Below, in pieces: positions 6,716 through 13,563 of a stretch of DNA of 39,738 nucleotides. Every line of letters starts with the position of its first letter. Within the stretch, counting starts at the first letter, position 1. A program made the translations under genes and the position numbers. This DNA is from Minisyncoccota bacterium (GTDB lineage Bacteria > Patescibacteriota > Minisyncoccia > Phycocordibacterales > CAJQIN01). Below the pieces are notes generated by a model. The model saw only the letters and a list, made by a program, of their open reading frames with translations. It made no database searches and was not told the origin of the DNA. The stretch lies in contig JALEGR010000020.1 in the NCBI GenBank assembly GCA_022763265.1, forward strand, positions 1 to 39,738. The letters are read 5' to 3'.

Positions 6716-8332
6716 ATGATGAGATATGCTCATTGGACTTTGGTACTCTGCCTTTTTGCTCTTGTGGGCTGTGGCGGATACTCGAAGGAAGAGAAGAAAT
6801 CGGTTGAAGTTGCCAAGAAAGAGCTTGATGACGCTAAGGCGTACGTTCAAACCCAGAAGGCAAAATATGAGCGAACTAAGGCTCATGAAGACTTTGCTGT
6901 ATTTGTTCGATATGCTGAGGATGAGAACTGGGACAAGTTTTTCCAGGACGCATCTTCCGAGGTTATCCATGCTCAGGGTGTCTATGGAAAGGAAATCCTG
7001 CCCGTCCTTGAAAGAAATGACAACAAGGAATGGAATCAGTTGAATAGTAATTTGACTCGAATCCGAACCTCTTCAAGGAACGCTCGGGATTTAGCAAAGA
7101 AAGCCTTTCAGCGTCTTGACTTTCTTCGTGAGGTTAAGAAGAACGCACCTGAAATGATCAAAAAAGCTGAAGGGGAATTTCAGCAGGTTGTGACTATCGT
7201 CGAGGATGCTTCGGTTGTTACTGAAAAAGCCAAGACTGATCATGTCGACTCTGCCAAGGAAATTGGTTCACGCTTTGCTATTTTGACAAAGTGGCAAGAC
7301 GAAGCTGGTAAGGCACTGGCAACATCACAAGTGGAAATCAAAAGGGAATTCCCTGACTACTCCGCAATTGGTGATAGTACAGTCCTTGTCAGTTCGCATC
7401 TTGAGGCCGTTAAGGGACATGTCCCTAAGTACAAGGAACAGATTGCTCATTTGTATGAGAGCTATTCCAAAATTCTTGAGGATATGAAGGTTGAATACTG
7501 TGTTCAGGTTGGTCGGACGAGTTGGGATAACTCGTCTGACTTTAATACTGAAAATGATTACACCTATCCGGCTAAGCAGGTTTCTGAAGAAGTTTACACC
7601 TACTTTGCTGGGCTTTCTGACTCGACTGTGCTTGCTACGGGAAGTAGTTCCCCACGGGTCAAAATCAACAGTAAAATGTGGAATGCCTTGGGGATTTCTC
7701 CTCGAGCATATTGGCCCAGTAGTCATGATGATGCCGAATGGTGGATTAGTAATGTTTCTGAGAAATACTACCATCGGTACTCTATTGTGTCGGCTGGCGA
7801 ACAAAAAACTACTGATTGGGTCGCTGTCTCAGAAGATGTCTATGGGAAACATTGGGAAGATCTTGGTATGGCCATTCTTACCAAACCCTTTGGCGTCTTT
7901 GAAGATGATGTGATTGAAGAAGCTTCTCCTCCTGGAATGGCACTTGTCGGAAACTCAAAGTACGGTGAGTGGAAACAGGATAGCGGGGGCGGTGGTTCTT
8001 TTTGGGAGTTTTACGGTAAATACCAGTTCTACTCAATGCTATTGGGTGGAAACCGTTACTACCACTCCGAGTGGGATACTTGGAACCGCGACTATCGTGG
8101 TCGAGGTGCCTACTATGGTGTTGGCAGTAATGGGTATACAAGGTACGGCACATACAGTGACCGTGTTGCGAGCTCGCCTCGATACTCAAAGAGCACTTTT
8201 GCTTCCCAAGGAGGATTCAAGAGTGCGGCATCTGATGTTAAGTCTGGCAATTTCAACGCCAGCCGGACATCTACTGTTCGAGGTGCTGGTGCCTCCGCCA
8301 GAGGCGGTGGTCCTGGCGGTAGCGGTAAGTAG
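6716..8332 (+). CDS. large lipoprotein (538 aa): helical K/E-rich N-half, W/Y/G-rich C-half with YjfM/DUF1190-like tail
   Basis: SD AAGGAGG at 6701. Signal peptide plus lipobox LFALVG-C. The C-terminus (GGGGSFWEFYGKYQFYSMLLGG ... QGGFKSAAS ... RGAGASARGGGPGGSGK) resembles the E. coli YjfM tail as I remember it. Confidence 0.7.
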   Translation: MMRYAHWTLVLCLFALVGCGGYSKEEKKSVEVAKKELDDAKAYVQTQKAKYERTKAHEDFAVFVRYAEDENWDKFFQDASSEVIHAQGVYGKEILPVLERNDNKEWNQLNSNLTRIRTSSRNARDLAKKAFQRLDFLREVKKNAPEMIKKAEGEFQQVVTIVEDASVVTEKAKTDHVDSAKEIGSRFAILTKWQDEAGKALATSQVEIKREFPDYSAIGDSTVLVSSHLEAVKGHVPKYKEQIAHLYESYSKILEDMKVEYCVQVGRTSWDNSSDFNTENDYTYPAKQVSEEVYTYFAGLSDSTVLATGSSSPRVKINSKMWNALGISPRAYWPSSHDDAEWWISNVSEKYYHRYSIVSAGEQKTTDWVAVSEDVYGKHWEDLGMAILTKPFGVFEDDVIEEASPPGMALVGNSKYGEWKQDSGGGGSFWEFYGKYQFYSMLLGGNRYYHSEWDTWNRDYRGRGAYYGVGSNGYTRYGTYSDRVASSPRYSKSTFASQGGFKSAASDVKSGNFNASRTSTVRGAGASARGGGPGGSGK

Positions 8333-8377
8333 CGTTTATCTTTAAAACACTAACAAATAACCCGAAAGGAAACACAC

Positions 8378-9232
8378 ATGATTCTTAACCTTGCGACCTT
8401 GCTTCAGTCACTTGTTTTTTCTGCTGGCGAAATTGCCGCCATGATCGGCGTCCTATTTGTGGCCAAGTTGCTTGTTGACTTGTTCACTCAAGTTGAATAT
8501 GACGAAGAGATCGAAGGGCGTAGCAACCTTGCGGTTGCTTTGCATCGAGCTGGATTTTTTGCCGGTATCGGTATCGGTCTTCTGGCTACGGTCAGTGATG
8601 CTTCCGGACATTTCTGGAAAAGCATTGCTCTCATGTTCTGGGATGGTGCAAACATCGCATTCATGATGCTTATTGCCAAGTTTGTTCTTGATCAGGTTAT
8701 TATCCCTGGTGTTCAAAATACCAGGGAGATCCTGGACGGGAATCTGTCTGTAGCATGGGTTGAGTTCGGTGGCTATATTGCTACTGGTCTCATTGCCTAC
8801 GGCGCAGTCAGTGGTGAAGGTGGCGGACTTTTATCCAGCTATGTCTTCTTTGTCCTTGGGCAGGTGGCACTTGTTATTGTCACTGTTCTTTTTGAGAAGT
8901 TCACACCTTTCAATTTGATTAAGGAAATTCACGAGGGAAATGTCTCTGCCGGTGTTATGCTGTGTGGGATTCTCATATCTCTCGGTGTTGTTCTCGAAGC
9001 CAGTCTATCTGGTCCGTTTGTCGGATGGACGACTGATATATTCAGTTTCGTGGTTTATGCTGGTGTGGGACTTGTTTTCCTCTGGGCCATTTACTTGGCT
9101 GTGGATAAACTTTTCTTGCCCAATACAACCATGACTGTTGAGATTCAGCGTGACAGGAATGTCGGCGCCAGTGCTCTGACGGCCACGATGATGGTTGTCT
9201 GCAGCCTGGTTGTTGCACATGCTGCGCTCTGA
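8378..9232 (+). CDS. polytopic membrane protein with four DUF350 (YjfL)-type repeats
   Basis: Four internal units of TM-linker-TM share the motif E-I-x-x-G/R-N-x-[SAG]-[AV]: EIEGRSNLAVA, EILDGNLSVAW, EIHEGNVSAGV, EIQRDRNVGAS. Confidence 0.6.
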   Translation: MILNLATLLQSLVFSAGEIAAMIGVLFVAKLLVDLFTQVEYDEEIEGRSNLAVALHRAGFFAGIGIGLLATVSDASGHFWKSIALMFWDGANIAFMMLIAKFVLDQVIIPGVQNTREILDGNLSVAWVEFGGYIATGLIAYGAVSGEGGGLLSSYVFFVLGQVALVIVTVLFEKFTPFNLIKEIHEGNVSAGVMLCGILISLGVVLEASLSGPFVGWTTDIFSFVVYAGVGLVFLWAIYLAVDKLFLPNTTMTVEIQRDRNVGASALTATMMVVCSLVVAHAAL

Positions 9233-9254
9233 TCAAAAAACATGATCTTTTCTA

Positions 9255-9286
9255 ATGCCTTGCTCCTAACGGAGCAGGGCATTTTT
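9255..9286 (+). terminator. rho-independent terminator
   Basis: ATGCCTTGCTCC-taac-GGAGCAGGGCAT plus TTTT. Confidence 0.75.
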
Positions 9287-9287
9287 A

Positions 9288-9316
9288 TTGACTTTTTATT
9301 ATATTAGTGTATAATT
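9288..9316 (+). promoter_or_regulatory. sigma70-type promoter TTGACT-17-ATAATT
   Basis: -35 at 9288-9293 and -10 at 9311-9316, upstream of the SpeE-like gene. Confidence 0.55.
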
Positions 9317-9367
9317 GTGCGTTAGAGACCGTACATTGACTTTCAACCAAAATGGGAGGCTCGCATA

Positions 9368-11059
9368 ATGACGTCTGTTCAACTCGGCATTAATATGCCA
9401 AGAAAGCATGGGGTTGCCAGGATTCTGCTTGGCTCATCAATGTTTTTCACAGGAGCTAGTGGTTTGGTTTCCGAGTATGTTCTGGCAACTGTGGCTACAT
9501 ATATTCTCGGTAACTCTATTGAGCAAATGTCGATCACTGTGGCTCTTATGATGTGTGCCATGGGTATTGGTGGATGGGTCCAACGATTCATTAAAGACAA
9601 TGCTCTGATAGATAAGTTTATATTGCTTGAGACAATACTGGCACTTCTGATTGGGTTCGCTCCAATTTGTATCTATGCAGCCTTTGGGCTGATGGAGCAC
9701 CACTTTTATGTTGTTATGTACTTTTTCATGATTGCAATAGGTATGCTAGTTGGGTTTGAAATTCCTCTAGTCATGCGAATTAATGAGAAGTATGTAGGTG
9801 CTCTGAAGGATAATGCCTCTGAAATATTTGGAATGGATTACATCGGAGCATTTGTCGGAGCTTTAATCTGGGCACTCTTCTTGCTGAAGACATTTCCTTT
9901 AACGGAAATCAGCTTCCTGGTTGCTGGTAGTAACTTTATTGTTGCAATTGTGACCTTTGGTTACTTTGCTTCAAAGGGTTCAACTGTTAGGACCAAGACT
10001 CTGTTTGTTCTGATCATGTGTCTAGTTGCTCTACTGCTTTATGGCGGTCTGAGTAACAGAGCTTGGAGTAATAAATTAGAACAACGTCTTTACGACGATC
10101 CGATCATTTTAGCAGAAACCACTCGGTACCAACGGATTGTGGTTACTCACTACAACAAGACTGATGATTACCGTCTGTACATTAATGGCAATCTTCAGTT
10201 CTCGAGTGTGGATGAGGCTATTTACCACGAACTTCTAGTCCATCCGGTAATGAATTTGGCCAAATCCCACCAAAGAGTTCTCATACTTGGTGGTGGTGAT
10301 GGTCTTGCTGTACGGGAGGTTCTAAAATATCCGGACGTTTCAAGTATTCACCTTGTGGATCTTGATCCGGATATGGTCAGGATCTGTCGTACGCATCCGG
10401 CCCTGAGGGCATTAAATGGTGGTGCTTTTGATAGTGCCAAGATTACGACTTCTGTCCCTGATATCTCAACGAAGTATTTGAGAAGGGTTATGCAAGATTC
10501 ACCAGATTCTCCTCGTGGTGAGGTGATAAAGGAAAGAGTTGCTAGGGTTGAAGTTATCAACATTGATGCAGATCTTTTCCTTAATTCCGTAAAAGGACTT
10601 TGGGACGTTGTAATCATTGATTTCCCAGACCCGAGCTCTGTTGAGCTAACAAAGCTCTATAGCAAGCAGTTCTACCAGAAGCTGAGACGACTTCTGGCAC
10701 CTGGTGCTCTAGTCTCCATCCAAGCAACTTCTCCGTATCATGCCAAGGAAAGCTACCTGTGCATTAGGCGGACAATGGAAGCTGCTAGATTTAGCACTTT
10801 GCCCTACCATCAGAACGTTCCTTCGTTCGGGGACTGGGGGTGGTTTCTGGCAAGTACCGAAAAGGATTCATCGGTCATCCGAGTGCAAGCAGAAAATGTT
10901 GCTTTTGATGTTGATACTCGCTATATCACCAAGGATGTATTTCTTTCTTCCATGGTGTTTGGCAAAGGTTCTCTGACGTCAAAGCACAAGAAAATTAACT
11001 CCTTAATGGAGCCCAACCTGCTAGCATTCTATCGGGATGAAAGTTGGTTGATTGATTAA
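9368..11059 (+). CDS. membrane-anchored spermidine-synthase-like polyamine aminopropyltransferase (563 aa)
   Basis: About 7 N-terminal TM helices (aa ~17-228). The SpeE fold follows: VLILGGGDGLAVREV, LVDLDPDMV, NIDADLFL, IIDFPDPSS, LAPGALVSIQATSPY. Confidence 0.8.
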   Translation: MTSVQLGINMPRKHGVARILLGSSMFFTGASGLVSEYVLATVATYILGNSIEQMSITVALMMCAMGIGGWVQRFIKDNALIDKFILLETILALLIGFAPICIYAAFGLMEHHFYVVMYFFMIAIGMLVGFEIPLVMRINEKYVGALKDNASEIFGMDYIGAFVGALIWALFLLKTFPLTEISFLVAGSNFIVAIVTFGYFASKGSTVRTKTLFVLIMCLVALLLYGGLSNRAWSNKLEQRLYDDPIILAETTRYQRIVVTHYNKTDDYRLYINGNLQFSSVDEAIYHELLVHPVMNLAKSHQRVLILGGGDGLAVREVLKYPDVSSIHLVDLDPDMVRICRTHPALRALNGGAFDSAKITTSVPDISTKYLRRVMQDSPDSPRGEVIKERVARVEVINIDADLFLNSVKGLWDVVIIDFPDPSSVELTKLYSKQFYQKLRRLLAPGALVSIQATSPYHAKESYLCIRRTMEAARFSTLPYHQNVPSFGDWGWFLASTEKDSSVIRVQAENVAFDVDTRYITKDVFLSSMVFGKGSLTSKHKKINSLMEPNLLAFYRDESWLID

Positions 11060-11072
11060 GTCATATCGAAGA

Positions 11073-11102
11073 CCCCGGCACATATGTGCCGGGGCTTTTT
11101 TA
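11073..11102 (+). terminator. rho-independent terminator (22-nt perfect palindrome)
   Basis: CCCCGGCACAT|ATGTGCCGGGG followed by cttttttt. Confidence 0.75.
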
Positions 11103-11154
11103 TATTGCAACTCTGTGGTAGATTCTTTTATAGAGAAAGTTCTAAGAAAAGGAA

Positions 11155-11394
11155 ATGGCAATGCAAATGGAATATATTGGAGAACATTGGTATATCTGGT
11201 TGTCTGTTGTGGCATTTGGATATGCTTCTGCTCTGTACATCTTTTTCGGACTTTTGAGAAAAGCTAAACAGGAGGGTAGTTTATCTCAATCTGTATTCTT
11301 TTCATATACTTTCAAAATGATCGGCTTTGGCCTTATTGGAACTAGTGGTCTTATCTTTTTTGCACTTTCTTTAGTTTTCAATCTTAGGTCTTGA
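11155..11394 (+). CDS. small two-TM membrane protein (about 77-79 aa)
   Basis: SD aaggaa. Three alternative ATGs at 11155, 11161 and 11167. Two hydrophobic helices. Own terminator. Confidence 0.5.
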   Translation: MAMQMEYIGEHWYIWLSVVAFGYASALYIFFGLLRKAKQEGSLSQSVFFSYTFKMIGFGLIGTSGLIFFALSLVFNLRS

Positions 11395-11401
11395 AAAACT
11401 T

Positions 11402-11423
11402 AACCCCACTGGAGTGGGGTTTT
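11402..11423 (+). terminator. rho-independent terminator
   Basis: CCCCAC-tgga-GTGGGG plus TTTT. Confidence 0.7.
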
Positions 11424-11504
11424 ATGTATTGACTTTTTATAAAAATTACGATAGTTTCAGAAAAGAGCTGTGGGAGTCTCAAAAACACCAAAAGGAGCTT
11501 TAAC

Positions 11505-11813
11505 ATGCGGAAAATGGGATCCAGTAAGGGTTTTGCCCTTATCGAGCTACTGGTTGTTATTAGCATCATTGGTATTCTCTGTATTGCTTGTTTAATCGGA
11601 ACTGCTGCTTTTGTTGGAAATTTCTGGTTTACCGAAGGTGGCATCTTGAGAAAGGCTCAGTTGCAAGATGAAAGCCTGGTTTCTGTTCGGGATGTGAGAA
11701 GGAATATTTTCTCATATTCTGTTGTCATCATCGAGAACAGTGATGGAGAAAGAAAGACAGTCAACGTTGGGTCAAATATTTTGTTTAGCTACGATCTTGA
11801 AGAAACTGAGTGA
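11505..11813 (+). CDS. prepilin-type N-terminal cleavage/methylation domain protein (small pilin or pseudopilin, 102 aa)
   Basis: Class III signal MRKMGSSKG|FALIELLVVISIIGIL with Glu at +5. SD aaaaggag. Confidence 0.75.
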   Translation: MRKMGSSKGFALIELLVVISIIGILCIACLIGTAAFVGNFWFTEGGILRKAQLQDESLVSVRDVRRNIFSYSVVIIENSDGERKTVNVGSNILFSYDLEETE

Positions 11814-11830
11814 GCTTTGCCATTCAATGT

Positions 11831-11858
11831 CCCGCACCATGTGCGGGGCTTTTCTTTT
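11831..11858 (+). terminator. rho-independent terminator
   Basis: CCCGCAC-cat-GTGCGGG followed by gcttttcttttt. Confidence 0.7.
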
Positions 11859-11921
11859 TACCTATATTATAGTACTATCCTTAATTGGAACTGTTTTACC
11901 TCTTTTCATAAGGAACGCTGT

Positions 11922-12146
11922 ATGTTGAATGGTGCTGTTTGTCGTTCGAGGCCCCCTAAGAGTCTTCCCGATGCAAAATCTCTTCTGGATAAGAAGTTGG
12001 CGACTCTTCCTGTCAAAGACCGGGACGAGATCAGGGCTGTCATGGAAGGGAGAAATGTCAAATCTGAGACCATAAGGAAAATCCTGAGGAAACATGGGTT
12101 CAAGGGTCGGGCCAAGCAGCTGGTTACCAGCAGGTTGAAAATGTAG
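11922..12146 (+). CDS. small basic protein (74 aa), possible HTH
   Basis: The ATG at 11922 follows aaggaa. The longer 11817 start would read through the terminator at 11831. K/R-rich. No firm domain call. Confidence 0.4.
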   Translation: MLNGAVCRSRPPKSLPDAKSLLDKKLATLPVKDRDEIRAVMEGRNVKSETIRKILRKHGFKGRAKQLVTSRLKM

Positions 12147-12155
12147 AAAAGGTAC

Positions 12156-12180
12156 GCGAGGACTAAGGTCCTCGCTTTTT
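12156..12180 (+). terminator. rho-independent terminator
   Basis: GCGAGGAC-taag-GTCCTCGC plus TTTTT. Confidence 0.75.
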
Positions 12181-12188
12181 GCTATACT
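12180..12188 (+). promoter_or_regulatory. extended -10 (TGcTATACT) 6 nt upstream of the zwf ATG, implying a leaderless mRNA
   Basis: No SD. An ATG at 12195 would be at or next to the predicted +1. Confidence 0.45.
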
Positions 12189-12194
12189 GTCTCC

Positions 12195-13562
12195 ATGAAA
12201 AGACATAATGTGCCAACTATTTTTGCCATCTTTGGTGTTACCGGGGATTTGGCTCAGAAAAAAATATTTCCAGCTCTATTTGATTTATACAAAAAGAAAT
12301 TACTTCCCGAAAAATTTCAAATAGTCGGTATTGCAAGAAGAGATCTTTCACTTGATGAGTTTAAAGATTTTGTTAGAGATACTATTGATGGAGAGGATGG
12401 CTTTATTGATCATCTTAAATACTCACAGGGTCAGTTTGATGATGGGACTACATACCAAAAGGTAAAGGATCTAACAGAAGAAATTGATAATGAATGGGGA
12501 CAGTGTTCGAATAAGCTGTTCTATCTTTCAGTGCCTCCGTCTTTGTATGAGCTCATATTAAACAATCTCTCTTCTGCAGATCTTTCTAAGGTTTGTGATG
12601 ATATGAATGGTTGGACCAGAGTTTTGATAGAGAAACCCTTTGGTAAAGATGTGGATACTGCAAGAAAGCTAGATGAACTACTAGGGAAATTATTCAAAGA
12701 AGAACAAATATATCGTATAGATCATTATTTAGGGAAACAAACTTTACAGAATATTTTAGCTTTTAGATTCTCAAATACAATTTTTGAACCTTTATGGAAT
12801 AGAAAATATATTAAATCTATTGATATAAATCTTTTTGAAGAGAAAACTATTGAAAGAAGGGGATCTTTCTATGATGAAAATGGTGCTCTAAGGGACGTTG
12901 GTCAAAACCATATTCTACAAATGTTGACCTTGGTTGCTATGGAGATGCCAAAATCAATGACTTGTAGTGTTATAAGAAATGAAAGAGAAAAAATTCTTTC
13001 AAAAATTACAAAAAGAGGAGAAACTATTAGAGGACAATACAAAGGGTATTTGAATACTGAGGGTGTAGCCAGGGACTCAAAAACTGAAACATTCTTTAGA
13101 ACAGTTGCTTGTATAAAAAATAGTAGATGGAAAGGGGTTCCTTTCATCCTAACAAGCGGTAAGGGTCTTTCGGAGTCCAAAGTTGAAATTATAATAAATT
13201 TCAAAGATATGACCACAGGTTCCTTTATGCCAAAACAGCATAAGGATCAGGAGTGCAATAAGATAACTATTAATATTCAACCAAAAGAGAAAATCTCTAT
13301 ACTTTTCTGGGTTAAAGTCCCTGGATTTCTGGATAAAGTGGAACCCAGAGAGCTATCTTTTTCTTTCCATAATGAAAAGAATGAACATATCAATGCATAT
13401 GAGAAGGTGTTATTTGATTGCATATCAGGGGATCAGACATCTTTCATTAGTACCAAGGAAATATCTTCTAGCTGGAAATATATAATGTCTGTAATGGACA
13501 ATATGCAAAATAAAGATTTAATTAATTATAAAGTTGGAGAAGATCCAAATAACATAAAATAA
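12195..13562 (+). CDS. zwf: glucose-6-phosphate 1-dehydrogenase
   Basis: FGVTGDLAQKKIFPALFDLY, IEKPFGKD, RIDHYLGKQ. Confidence 0.9.
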   Translation: MKRHNVPTIFAIFGVTGDLAQKKIFPALFDLYKKKLLPEKFQIVGIARRDLSLDEFKDFVRDTIDGEDGFIDHLKYSQGQFDDGTTYQKVKDLTEEIDNEWGQCSNKLFYLSVPPSLYELILNNLSSADLSKVCDDMNGWTRVLIEKPFGKDVDTARKLDELLGKLFKEEQIYRIDHYLGKQTLQNILAFRFSNTIFEPLWNRKYIKSIDINLFEEKTIERRGSFYDENGALRDVGQNHILQMLTLVAMEMPKSMTCSVIRNEREKILSKITKRGETIRGQYKGYLNTEGVARDSKTETFFRTVACIKNSRWKGVPFILTSGKGLSESKVEIIINFKDMTTGSFMPKQHKDQECNKITINIQPKEKISILFWVKVPGFLDKVEPRELSFSFHNEKNEHINAYEKVLFDCISGDQTSFISTKEISSSWKYIMSVMDNMQNKDLINYKVGEDPNNIK

Positions 13563-13563
13563 T

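Larger units (their letters stand above)
2163..12190. other. GC-richer, SD-rich accessory block (genomic-island-like) between tRNA-Ala and zwf
   Basis: Spot GC counts were 25/60 (line 4321) and 32/60 (line 8761), versus 20/60 (line 13561) and 17/60 (line 26401) in backbone genes. All genes have an AAGGAGG-type SD. The block abuts a tRNA 3' end. No integrase or clear direct repeat was found. Confidence 0.6.

Noticed and set aside
7325-7804. Antisense and alternate-frame ORFs inside long genes, such as 7325..7804(-), 4929..5315(-), 4548..4883(-), 25742..26164(-), 35853..36314(-), 37958..38413(-), 7491..7913(+), 7914..8345(+)
   Set aside because: They are shadow ORFs within well-supported coding regions. 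They have no SD or promoter signals and their composition is low-complexity or biased.
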